This document shows positions 17,023 to 25,020 of a stretch of 32,000 bases of DNA, piece by piece (the stretch's first letter is position 1; each line of letters opens with the position of its first letter). This DNA comes from Candidatus Saccharimonadota bacterium. Lineage in GTDB: Bacteria > Patescibacteriota > Gracilibacteria > UBA4473. The stretch covers positions 660,001 through 692,000 of the forward strand of contig OY781871.1 in NCBI GenBank assembly GCA_963677105.1, given 5' to 3'. The notes below the pieces were generated by a model. It was not told the origin of the DNA. It was given only the letters and a program-made list of their open reading frames with translations, and ran no database searches. A program made the translations under genes and the position numbers.

Positions 17023-17041
17023 ATGTAAAAAATTAGGTTTT

Positions 17042-19921
17042 ATGTCTCAGAAAATAAAAGTTTTCGGCGCGAAAATGCACAATCTCAAGAATATTAATGT
17101 AGAAATCCCACGAGATAAATTAACCGTTGTGACTGGTGTTTCTGGGTCAGGAAAGTCATCACTTGCATTTGATACAATCTACGCAGAAGGACAACGAAGA
17201 TACGTAGAATCACTTTCTACGTATGCGCGTCAATTTTTGAAATTACAGGAAAAGCCTGATGTGGAGAGTATTGAAGGATTATCACCGGCAATCTCCATTG
17301 ATCAGAAATCTGCTCCGAGAAACCCACGTTCTACTGTTGGAACTGTGACAGAAATTTATGACTATCTTCGGTTATTGTTTGCGAAAATTGGAACACCAAT
17401 TAATCCAGAAAACGGTCGAGTTTTACAATCGCAGACGCCCGGACAAATGGCAGATATTATTGGACAATGGAAAGAAGGACAGAAATTTTTACTCCTTGCT
17501 CCATTGGTTCGAGGAAAAAAAGGAGAGCACACGGGAGTTTTTGAACGAATTAAAAAATCAGGATTTGTTCGTGTAAGAGTGGACGGAGAAGTAATGACAC
17601 TGAATGATGATATTGAACTTGATCCACAAAAAAAACACACGATCGAAATTGTGGTTGATCGATTGGTTGTAACTGACTTCGGGAAAAAATTTACGAAACT
17701 TCCTTCTGGAGAGAAGATTGAAGAAAAAAATGATGATCGATTACGATTGGTCGATTCTATTGAGACAGCTTTAAAGTTTGGAGACGGAATTACAACGGTA
17801 CACAATGTTGACGAACAGGAAGACCATCTTTTTTCAGAACATTTAGCGGATCCAGAAACGGGGTTTTCATTTCCTCCATTAGAGCCACGAATTTTCTCTT
17901 TTAATTCTCCACATGGAGCATGTGAAGCGTGTCATGGATTAGGATATCGACTTGTTTTGGATAGATATGCAGCATTGAATCCGAATTTATCAATTCGAGA
18001 AGGAGGAGTACTTCCATGGGTTTCAATGGGAACAAATGCTATTGGTTGGGTACAATCAGTATTAGAAGCAATTGGAAAAAAATATGGATTTACTTTAGAT
18101 CAGCCAATTAGTTCAATTTCTCCAGACATAATCCAACAATTATTTGATGGATTTGGGAAAGAAACTTTTACAGTTGCGCTTCGTGGACAATTTCGAGGTC
18201 GAACAACGGATGCAACTTTCGAAGGAATCGCAGCTCATACAGAGCGTCGATATAACGAAACAGATTCTGATTGGCTTCGGAAAAAACTCGGAGAATTTAT
18301 GTCAGAAGCAGAATGTGTATCATGTGCCGGAACACGATTGAATATATTTGGAAGAAATGTTTTAGTAAATGGAAAGCGAATTTCAGATATTACAAACATG
18401 CCAATGTTAGAGGTATTAAATTGGATTCAATCATTTAAGCCAGAAGCAGAACAAGAAAATATTGTTGAACCAATTAAAAAAGAGATTTTAGATCGTTTAG
18501 GATTTTTAGAAAACGTAGGACTTTCCTATTTAACGCTTTCCCGAGCGGCGAATACTTTATCTGGAGGAGAAGCTCAGCGAATTCGTTTAGCAACACAAAT
18601 TGGATCACATTTACAAGGAGTTTTATACGTATTAGACGAGCCATCTATTGGTTTGCATCAACGCGATAATGATCGTCTTATTAAGACATTGTATCATTTG
18701 CGCGACCTAGGAAACACAGTAATTGTAGTTGAGCATGATGAAGATACTATGCGAGCAGCTGATCACATTGTAGAAATTGGCCCCCAATCAGGTGCTCATG
18801 GAGGAAATCTTGTGTATTCAGGAACACTTAAAGACATGAAAGACATAGAGAGTGAGACAGCAGATTTCTTATTTGGGCGTCAAGAAATAGCAGTTCCAAG
18901 AATTCGTCGAACACCGATGGGAATGCTAAAAATAATTGGTGCTCGTGAAAATAATTTACAAAACATATCAGTAGAAATTCCTCTCGGATGTTTTATTGGT
19001 GTTTCAGGAGTTTCTGGATCAGGGAAAAGTTCATTAATTAATCGTATTTTGGTTCCAGTTTTGGCACGAGAATTAAATCGAGCGAAAAAACCAGCAGGAA
19101 AACATGATAAAATCGAAGGAATTGAGCAGTTAGATAAATTAATTTCTATTGATCAATCTCCCATCGGAAGAACTCCTCGTTCGAATCCTGCAACATATAC
19201 AGGAGTATTTACGGATATTCGTGAAATATTTGCGTCTACAACAGAAGCAAAATTGCGAGGTTATACAACTTCACGATTTTCTTTCAATGTGAAAGGAGGA
19301 CGTTGTGAAGCATGTTCAGGGGATGGAATAAAAAAAGTGGAAATGCACTTTTTACCAGATGTATATGTTCCGTGTGAGGTTTGTGAAGGAAAACGGTATA
19401 ACGCTGAAACACTAGAAGTTACGTACAAAGGAAAATCAATTTATGACGTGTTAGCGATGACAATTGATGAAGCAGTAGATTTTTTTGAAAATTTTGGTCA
19501 TATTCAATCAAAATTAAAAGCTATTCAAGAAGTTGGTTTGGGATATATGCAGTTAGGACAATCCGCTACAACTCTTTCTGGAGGTGAAGCGCAACGTGTA
19601 AAATTGGCAACAGAATTGATGAAGAAATCAACAGGTTCTACAGCTTACATTTTAGACGAACCTACAACAGGACTTCATTTTTCAGATGTGAAAAAATTGT
19701 TGGCGGTTCTCCAACGATTGGTTGATCGAGGGAACTCGGTGATTGTAATAGAGCACAACCTCGATGTCTTAAAATCCTGCGATCACTTAATTGACCTTGG
19801 ACCTGACGGTGGAGATGGAGGAGGATTAGTTGTTGCTACAGGAACACCAGAAGAAATTGCAAAAAACCCGAAAAGTCATACGGGTGTTTTTTTGGCAAAA
19901 CTTGACAAAATGAAAAGATAA
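17042..19921 (+). CDS. uvrA: Excinuclease ABC subunit A (UvrA)
   Basis: 959 aa with two ABC ATPase modules: Walker [11 protein letters not shown] twice, signature LSGGEAQR twice, and Walker [12 protein letters not shown] / [11 protein letters not shown]. Zinc-finger Cys pairs ([22 protein letters not shown]...CEVCEG). Canonical N-terminus ([50 protein letters not shown]). Confidence 0.95.
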   Translation: MSQKIKVFGAKMHNLKNINVEIPRDKLTVVTGVSGSGKSSLAFDTIYAEGQRRYVESLSTYARQFLKLQEKPDVESIEGLSPAISIDQKSAPRNPRSTVGTVTEIYDYLRLLFAKIGTPINPENGRVLQSQTPGQMADIIGQWKEGQKFLLLAPLVRGKKGEHTGVFERIKKSGFVRVRVDGEVMTLNDDIELDPQKKHTIEIVVDRLVVTDFGKKFTKLPSGEKIEEKNDDRLRLVDSIETALKFGDGITTVHNVDEQEDHLFSEHLADPETGFSFPPLEPRIFSFNSPHGACEACHGLGYRLVLDRYAALNPNLSIREGGVLPWVSMGTNAIGWVQSVLEAIGKKYGFTLDQPISSISPDIIQQLFDGFGKETFTVALRGQFRGRTTDATFEGIAAHTERRYNETDSDWLRKKLGEFMSEAECVSCAGTRLNIFGRNVLVNGKRISDITNMPMLEVLNWIQSFKPEAEQENIVEPIKKEILDRLGFLENVGLSYLTLSRAANTLSGGEAQRIRLATQIGSHLQGVLYVLDEPSIGLHQRDNDRLIKTLYHLRDLGNTVIVVEHDEDTMRAADHIVEIGPQSGAHGGNLVYSGTLKDMKDIESETADFLFGRQEIAVPRIRRTPMGMLKIIGARENNLQNISVEIPLGCFIGVSGVSGSGKSSLINRILVPVLARELNRAKKPAGKHDKIEGIEQLDKLISIDQSPIGRTPRSNPATYTGVFTDIREIFASTTEAKLRGYTTSRFSFNVKGGRCEACSGDGIKKVEMHFLPDVYVPCEVCEGKRYNAETLEVTYKGKSIYDVLAMTIDEAVDFFENFGHIQSKLKAIQEVGLGYMQLGQSATTLSGGEAQRVKLATELMKKSTGSTAYILDEPTTGLHFSDVKKLLAVLQRLVDRGNSVIVIEHNLDVLKSCDHLIDLGPDGGDGGGLVVATGTPEEIAKNPKSHTGVFLAKLDKMKR

Positions 19922-19955
19922 GTTAAATTTATCACAAATTTTATTACCATAAAGA

Positions 19956-21038
19956 ATGGAAGGAAATAAATCAGAAAAGGACTTGTTCGAAGGAGATATA
20001 AACATACTTCAAGAATACAGGAGTGCATATGAGAAAAATGTTAAGTTTGTAATAGGCCAAATAGCTGTACATGGTGAAGAAATGGTGGAGATATTAGAAT
20101 CAATTCATGGCAATGAAATAAACGAAGAAGCGTTAAAAGAGTTAGGATCTCTTATACAAAAAATGTTTGAAATTCTTGAACAAAATGTAGAGGAAAGATT
20201 AACAACACAGTCTTTTCCTGAAAGAGTATATTCAGCAGAGTTACAACGAAAAATGAATAATCAAGAAAAGAATCAGGAAGACTTTTTAAGAATGTGTCGG
20301 CATGATCTCAGAAATTATTTAGCATTACTTTATTCGGTAGTACAAATTTTGAAAAGAAATATAAATCTTCTCGATGATTTACATAAAGGAGTGATTAGAG
20401 AGTTCCCAAATTTTTTAAAGCGATTACTGATTCTAACGAAAGAGCCGAAGCCAGAATTCCATGCTTTAGCAGAAATGGGAGAGGAAGAATCAGCATGCTT
20501 AAACACAAAAGCAGAAGACAAAAATGTAACACTCAGTTTTTCTAATACAGAAGAAGAGGTATTTACAGATATAAATTATTTGAATGTTATATTAGATAAT
20601 CTTGTCGGAAATGCATTGAAATTTGTACCAAATGATGGAACAGGGAAAGTAGATATTATAGCTGAAAAGGGGAAAAAAGGATTTCTTTATGTTCAAGTAA
20701 TAGATAATGGAAGCGGTATGTCATTGGAAAAGGCGGAGATAATAAATAATATGTTTCATCAGGGATTCACAACGAGAGGAAGAATTGAAAGTGAACTTGG
20801 AACAAATCAAGAGCCGGGGACAGGAAAAGGTCTTATTATTTGTACCAGATATGCGGAAAAAATAGGTGTAGCATTATCTGTAGAGTCCGGAGAAGAGGGA
20901 ACAGTTTTTACCTTAAAAATTCCAGCGACAGTGGAAGATTTTCTTGGATCAAATATGGTAAATATATCATTTGATGAACCAGATGTCCTTGAAGAAGGAA
21001 TAAAAGGAGTATCTGAGCAAGTAAATAATATTATTTAA
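19956..21038 (+). CDS. Soluble histidine kinase (HisKA-like H-box plus HATPase_c), no TM or recognisable sensor domain
   Basis: H-box CRHDLRNYL. N-box LDNLVGNALKFV. G1 box VIDNGSGMS. G2 region GTGKGLIICTRYAEKIG. The roughly 100-aa helical N-terminus is of unknown type. Confidence 0.75.
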   Translation: MEGNKSEKDLFEGDINILQEYRSAYEKNVKFVIGQIAVHGEEMVEILESIHGNEINEEALKELGSLIQKMFEILEQNVEERLTTQSFPERVYSAELQRKMNNQEKNQEDFLRMCRHDLRNYLALLYSVVQILKRNINLLDDLHKGVIREFPNFLKRLLILTKEPKPEFHALAEMGEEESACLNTKAEDKNVTLSFSNTEEEVFTDINYLNVILDNLVGNALKFVPNDGTGKVDIIAEKGKKGFLYVQVIDNGSGMSLEKAEIINNMFHQGFTTRGRIESELGTNQEPGTGKGLIICTRYAEKIGVALSVESGEEGTVFTLKIPATVEDFLGSNMVNISFDEPDVLEEGIKGVSEQVNNII

Positions 21039-21048
21039 AGTTTAAAAA

Positions 21049-22221
21049 ATGTTAGAGAACCAAAAGGAATTCATACAAGGTGTAGGATCTGACGATAATT
21101 GGGCTTATAGGAGTCCAGGAATCAGTGAGGAAGAATTAGTTGATGAACTCAATTATACATTAACAGAAAAAGATATTGTCGAAGAGCAAGAAGCGTTTCG
21201 AAATTTAGTAAAAAATGAATTAGTTCCTTTTTTAATGGAAGACTTTTCCAATTGGGAAAAGAAAGAATTTTCACCAGAAACAGATTTTAAAATGATTAAT
21301 AATCAAGGAAAGGAATCTCTGAGGAAAATGAAATCTCTATTTTCTAAAATACTAAAATTTATTACAGACTTCCAAAGAGGAATAAAAAATCAAGAGAAGA
21401 GTGTGTCGGAAAATCTTATATCAATATTTAAACAACAATTACATCAACAAGAGAGGTTTATTAAAACATTGTCACATGATCTCAGTACACCATTTACTGG
21501 AATTATGGGTTTTTCGGAATTATTATTTGATAATGATGATAGTTCATTTATAGAAACTATTCAAGAGTCAGCAAAGCTGTTTACCGGAATATTAAAAGCC
21601 AGAATGCCACTTTTGGAAGATCCCTCATATGACTATCATTCTCTTGCAGAAATCATACATTCACCGGATTTCGAACAGGTTCACACTCGTGCAAAAGGTA
21701 AAGAAGTGAAATTGAATTTTGAACTTGGAAATCAGAGAGTATTTTCTGATATAGAGCGTATAGAGCTTTTTTTAGGAAATTTTATTAATAATGCCATTAA
21801 GTTTGTTCATGAAGGTATCGGGGAAATAAAAGTTACTGCTGAAGTGATTGAAACAGGGGAAGTAAAAATTTCAGTTATAGATAATGGTGTTGGAATTTCA
21901 AAAGCAACGTGTGAAAGGATACAACAGATGATGAATGGGGAAATCGAAATAGGTAGTCAATATTCGGAAGAAGGTACGAATGGAGAAGAAGGAACGGGGA
22001 AAGGATTACGAAATTGTATGGAATATTTATCTCAAATGATTGGAAAGATGACAGTAGAGTCTGTAGAAGGTGAAGGAGCAACTTTTTCCGTTATTGTTCC
22101 GGCAACAAAAGAACAACACGAGTTTCTTTCTCAACAGAAAGAGCAACCATTAAACGTTGTTACACAAAAAGTTGGAGGAAAGGTTACAGATCTTTTAAAA
22201 GTGACAGCAGCGATTCGATAA
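21049..22221 (+). CDS. Soluble histidine kinase, paralog of the upstream gene
   Basis: H-box LSHDLSTPFTGIMGFSELL. N-box LGNFINNAIKFV. G1 box VIDNGVGIS. G2 region GTGKGLRNCMEYLSQMIG. Same domain order and the same acidic insertion before G2 as the upstream kinase. Confidence 0.75.
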   Translation: MLENQKEFIQGVGSDDNWAYRSPGISEEELVDELNYTLTEKDIVEEQEAFRNLVKNELVPFLMEDFSNWEKKEFSPETDFKMINNQGKESLRKMKSLFSKILKFITDFQRGIKNQEKSVSENLISIFKQQLHQQERFIKTLSHDLSTPFTGIMGFSELLFDNDDSSFIETIQESAKLFTGILKARMPLLEDPSYDYHSLAEIIHSPDFEQVHTRAKGKEVKLNFELGNQRVFSDIERIELFLGNFINNAIKFVHEGIGEIKVTAEVIETGEVKISVIDNGVGISKATCERIQQMMNGEIEIGSQYSEEGTNGEEGTGKGLRNCMEYLSQMIGKMTVESVEGEGATFSVIVPATKEQHEFLSQQKEQPLNVVTQKVGGKVTDLLKVTAAIR

Positions 22222-22224
22222 AAT

Positions 22225-22692
22225 CTACTGTAATTTTTGAAGCGGGGTTCCGAGTTTTTCAGCAAATTCGTCTCCCAAAATCCAAATTCCGTGATCTGGT
22301 TCGTCACCTCTTTGAAGTCCTAATTCTTCACGAGAACAAATCATTCCGCGAGAAAGTTCTCCTCGGATTTTTCGTTCTCCAATTTCAAAATCTTCGCTTA
22401 ATTTTGCTCCTACAGTAGCGACTGGAACATACGCTCCTTCTTCGATATTTACACCACCACAAAGGATTTGTTCTATTTTCCCCGGAGCTATTTCTGTTTT
22501 TGTGATACGCACTTTCGTTACGGTTTCATCTGGATGAGAGGCGATTGCAATAATTTTTCCAACCACAATTTTTTCATCTACATTTTTCAAAATCGCAGCA
22601 TCAATTTCAGAAAGAAGTTTTTTCCCACAACAGCAAGAAGCACAGTTTTTACATGACGGATTAAGTCCGAAGAGTTTTTTAAAGAAGTTCAT
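22225..22692 (-). CDS. tRNA-binding (OB-fold, CsaA/Trbp111/PheT-N type) domain protein with a Cys-rich N-terminal extension
   Basis: The core (VVGKIIAIASHPDETVTKVRITKTEIAPGKIEQILCGGVNIEEGAYVPVATVGAKL...GELSRGMICSREELGL) matches the tRNA_bind domain pattern. The N-terminus is MNFFKKLFGLNPSCKNCASCCCGKK. Confidence 0.75.
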   Translation of the reverse strand: MNFFKKLFGLNPSCKNCASCCCGKKLLSEIDAAILKNVDEKIVVGKIIAIASHPDETVTKVRITKTEIAPGKIEQILCGGVNIEEGAYVPVATVGAKLSEDFEIGERKIRGELSRGMICSREELGLQRGDEPDHGIWILGDEFAEKLGTPLQKLQ

Positions 22693-22744
22693 TTTTTATA
22701 AGTAAATTCACAGAGAGTGTACTCGAAAAATTTTGTTTCTCAAC

Positions 22745-22772
22745 TTGCTTTTTTTCTCTGTCGCAGTAATAT
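22745..22772 (+). promoter_or_regulatory. Putative promoter of tRNA-Met
   Basis: TTGCTT at 22745-22750, a 16-nt spacer, then TAATAT at 22767-22772. A GC-rich discriminator (ccgcccgc) follows directly, and the tRNA begins at 22781. Confidence 0.4.
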
Positions 22773-22780
22773 CCGCCCGC

Positions 22781-22857
22781 GGCTCGGTAGCTCAGTTGGT
22801 GAGAGCGCGGGATTCATAACCCCGAGGTCGGCAGTTCAAATCTGCCTCGAGCCACCA
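22781..22857 (+). tRNA. tRNA with CAT anticodon (elongator Met, or Ile2 if lysidine-modified); not an initiator because 1-72 is paired
   Basis: Hand-folded: GGCTCGG-TA-GCTC-AGTTGGTGA-GAGC-G-CGGGA-TTCATAA-CCCCG-AGGTC-GGCAG-TTCAAAT-CTGCC-TCGAGCC-A-CCA. The CCA is encoded. There is an A31-C39 mismatch at the base of the anticodon stem. Confidence 0.9.
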
Positions 22858-22906
22858 TTCAGAATAAGCGAAGCTTATTCTTCCAAATTTCAAAAGTTCA
22901 AATTAC

Positions 22907-22931
22907 AAAGATCAAATAAAGATCTTTTTTT
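22907..22931 (+). terminator. Hairpin plus T-run terminator downstream of tRNA-Met (a first hairpin without a T-run lies at 22861-22881)
   Basis: aaagatc-aaataaa-gatcttt at 22907-22927, followed by tttt. The earlier hairpin is agaataagc-gaa-gcttattct, directly after the CCA. Confidence 0.5.
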
Positions 22932-22963
22932 GTACTTTGTTCTTTGTAAATTGTGATTTGACC

Positions 22964-23308
22964 TTATATTTCAACTGTTACAGCGAATTCTCCATCAGGA
23001 ATTTTTGTCAGAGAAACATGAACATTCTCCATGCGAGGAAATTGTTTTTGTACTTCTTTATGAAAATGAAACAGACATTTTTCCACCGTCGCAAAAGACT
23101 TTCCTTTGCTCCAATGCATCGTCCATTCACGAAGTTCAAAATAATCCACCGTATCTTTTACATCGTCAGATTCTTCCACCTTGCTGGTGTCTGCTTGCCA
23201 GAGAATCGTGATAAATATTTCTTGTGGCGTTGAACGTTCTTCTTCAGTAACGCCAAGACGGATTTTTACAGGAATTTCAGGGAGAGAAAATTGCATTTTA
23301 TTCGTCAT
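22964..23308 (-). CDS. Dihydroneopterin aldolase (FolB) family protein
   Basis: Aligns by eye with E. coli FolB over its full length. The segment LGVTEEERSTPQEIFITILWQADTSKVEESDDVKDTVDYFEL corresponds to IGVYDWEQTIEQKLVFDIEMAWDNRKAAKSDDVADCLSYADI. The size of 114 aa fits the family. Confidence 0.65.
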   Translation of the reverse strand: MTNKMQFSLPEIPVKIRLGVTEEERSTPQEIFITILWQADTSKVEESDDVKDTVDYFELREWTMHWSKGKSFATVEKCLFHFHKEVQKQFPRMENVHVSLTKIPDGEFAVTVEI

Positions 23309-23627
23309 TTTCAGTGAGTTTCTTTAAAATTTTATCGAGATCGTAGCTGATTACAAAAGGCACAGCGAGCATTTCAAATACAAAACGAATTAAAATCCAC
23401 ACAATCGGCGTAGCGAGAATAAGGAAATAAATTTTTGAATCATAAATATAGTAGAAAAACGCTCCTGTTCCGGCGACTTGAGCTAATGCATGAAGTGCTG
23501 TTGATAATTGTTTTACGATATAGAGTGAATCAAATGACCAAAAACTAGCGTTCTTTTTTTCTTTTTTCACTATTGTCGGATTTGGAACAGGTGTTTGTTC
23601 TGGCGGTGATGAGAGTTCTTCTGGCAT
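23298..23627 (-). CDS. Small hypothetical membrane protein (2 predicted TM helices, Pro-rich N-terminus)
   Basis: Hydrophobic segments GTGAFFYYIY and YFLILATPIVWILIRFVFEMLAVPFVI. Overlaps the folB-like start by 11 nt. An inverted repeat, attacaga-att-tctgtaat at 23636-23654, lies just upstream of its ATG. Confidence 0.5.
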   Translation of the reverse strand: MPEELSSPPEQTPVPNPTIVKKEKKNASFWSFDSLYIVKQLSTALHALAQVAGTGAFFYYIYDSKIYFLILATPIVWILIRFVFEMLAVPFVISYDLDKILKKLTENDE

Positions 23628-23744
23628 AGTAAGAAATTACAGAATTTCTGTAATGATAATATGGAAATGAAAATATTGCGAATTCTGAAAATTTATACAA
23701 CCCATCGGGAACTCTCACGATTTTTTAAATTGAAGTAGGAATGG

Positions 23745-23754
23745 GCCACCTATC
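23745..23754 (-). repeat. Partial duplicate of the tRNA-Thr 3' end
   Basis: On the minus strand, gataggtggc followed by cca (23742-23754). This matches the tRNA-Thr 3' end gataggtggc-t-cca (23890-23903) except for loss of the discriminator T. A second weaker fragment, ttcccgatggg at 23701-23711, resembles the T-arm/acceptor junction tcccgatagg. Confidence 0.5.
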
Positions 23755-23889
23755 ATGATGCTAAAGTTATTTAAATAGTTTATGTCGCGCCCTCCTTTGT
23801 CGGGTCGAACCTTCTCTGGTTCAATTCCGTAGATTGTTTCACAATCAAAAACAAAAAAACATCCGCAAGGGATGTGTTTTGGTTTCTGC
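23755..23889 (-). repeat. tRNA-flank structured unit, copy U3 (between tRNA-Thr and its 3'-end duplicate); includes the tRNA-Thr terminator hairpin
   Basis: Hairpin catcc-gcaag-ggatg at 23860-23874, 15 nt from the tRNA end, followed on the minus strand by T7 (23853-23859). Hairpin gattg/caatc. GAAC hairpin gaacc-ttctct-ggttc at 23807-23822. Shared blocks with U1 include the 10-mer cacaatcaaa at 23840-23849. Confidence 0.55.
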
Positions 23890-23966
23890 TGGAGCCACCT
23901 ATCGGGATCGAACCGATGACCTGCGGGTTACAAATCCGCTGCTCTAGCCAGCTGAGCTAAGGTGGC
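23890..23966 (-). tRNA. tRNA-Thr (anticodon TGT)
   Basis: Hand-folded from the minus strand: GCCACCT-TA-GCTC-AGCTGGCTA-GAGC-A-GCGGA-TTTGTAA-CCCGC-AGGTC-ATCGG-TTCGATC-CCGAT-AGGTGGC-T-CCA. The acceptor and T arms are perfect and the CCA is encoded. A31-C39 mismatch. Confidence 0.9.
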
Positions 23967-24017
23967 ACGTCAAATGTTCCAGAAAAGAACAGAGAGATTG
24001 TAGAAAATTTCCCTAAA

Positions 24018-25010
24018 GTGTCAAAAAAAATTAGACTATTTGCGATGAAAAATATGCAGCCACAACCATTTATTCCAAATGTCCGAGAACTTCGAAAGAA
24101 AGAATCACGACTTGCGAGTGGACATAGACTTTGTCCGGGATGTGGAATTGGGACAATTATGAATCAAGTATTTGCATCAATAGATGCACCAATAGTGATG
24201 GCAAACGCTACTGGTTGTAGTGAAATTTGTTTTTCACCGGTTCCTTTTGCCACGATGAAAACGCCGTGGATACATTCTCTTTTTGAAAATTCTGCGAGTG
24301 TTATTTCCGGAGCAGAGAGTTGTTGGAAAAGTAAGAAAAAACGAGGGCAACTCACCAAAGAACAAGAAAAGATAAAATTTCTTGCGGTGGGAGGAGATGG
24401 AGCAACGTATGATATTGGGTTTCAGTGGTTGAGTGGAGCACTCGAACGTGGGCACAATTTTGTGTACGTTTGTTTCGATAATGAAGGTTACATGAATACT
24501 GGATATCAGCGGAGTAGTTCCGTTCCAAAAGGATTTGATACACATACTTCCCCAGACGGAAAAGCGATACACGGGAAAATGCAGCACCGAAAGAATTTAA
24601 CCAAAATTTTAGCAAATCACGATATTCCGTATGTGGCTCAGGCAAGTCCGCACAATTACGTAGATTTGATGCGAAAGGTAAATAAAGCGTTTGAAATAGA
24701 TGGTCCAGCAGTAATCATGGCGTATTCTCCGTGTCCGACAAACTGGAAACATGCATCAGAGGATGGATTAGATGTTGCTCGTTTGGCGGTAGAATCAGGA
24801 CTTTGGCCGTTATATGAAGTTGAGGAAGGAAAGTGGAAGATGAATTCTCCTGCGCCGCGAGAAGGAGCATTAGAAGAGTTTCTTGAAATGCAAAAGCGCA
24901 CGAAGCAGTTATTACGTGAAGATCACACTGAAGAATTAAATTCGCTCAAAGAACAAATCACAAAAGATTTCGACTATATTAAAAAGATGTCGGAGACGTT
25001 TCCAATTTAA
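24018..25010 (+). CDS. porB: Pyruvate:ferredoxin oxidoreductase beta subunit (TPP-binding), PorB
   Basis: GHRLCPGCGIG near the N-terminus. TPP motif GGDGATYDIGFQWLSGALERGHNFVYVCFDNEGYMNTG. C-terminal LWPLYEVEEG, typical of PorB. GTG start at 24018, with ATG alternatives at 24045 and 24054. Confidence 0.85.
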   Translation: MSKKIRLFAMKNMQPQPFIPNVRELRKKESRLASGHRLCPGCGIGTIMNQVFASIDAPIVMANATGCSEICFSPVPFATMKTPWIHSLFENSASVISGAESCWKSKKKRGQLTKEQEKIKFLAVGGDGATYDIGFQWLSGALERGHNFVYVCFDNEGYMNTGYQRSSSVPKGFDTHTSPDGKAIHGKMQHRKNLTKILANHDIPYVAQASPHNYVDLMRKVNKAFEIDGPAVIMAYSPCPTNWKHASEDGLDVARLAVESGLWPLYEVEEGKWKMNSPAPREGALEEFLEMQKRTKQLLREDHTEELNSLKEQITKDFDYIKKMSETFPI

Positions 25011-25020
25011 AAATGTCTGT

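Noticed and set aside
17362-17805. 147-aa antisense ORF, plus small sense-strand off-frame ORFs, inside uvrA
   Set aside because: It is completely embedded in a strongly conserved, uninterrupted uvrA reading frame and has a Ser/Phe/Asn-rich composition typical of antisense translation of AT-rich genes. The same reasoning applies to the antisense ORFs inside fba (7616-8601), the NTase-GT2 gene (9112-10226), porB (24164-24901), the 721-aa gene (10670-11659), and xer and fbp.
22717-23233. Two plus-strand ORFs (22717-22956 and 22937-23233)
   Set aside because: The first reads straight through the tRNA-Met gene and its terminators. The second is antisense to the FolB-like gene, which has real family similarity. 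Both are spurious.
23636-23654. Inverted repeat attacaga-att-tctgtaat just upstream of the 109-aa membrane protein ATG, as a distinct regulatory finding
   Set aside because: It is real in the sequence, but short AT-rich palindromes are common in this window. Without conservation data I cannot tell an operator or 5'-UTR hairpin from chance, so it is noted only in the feature evidence.
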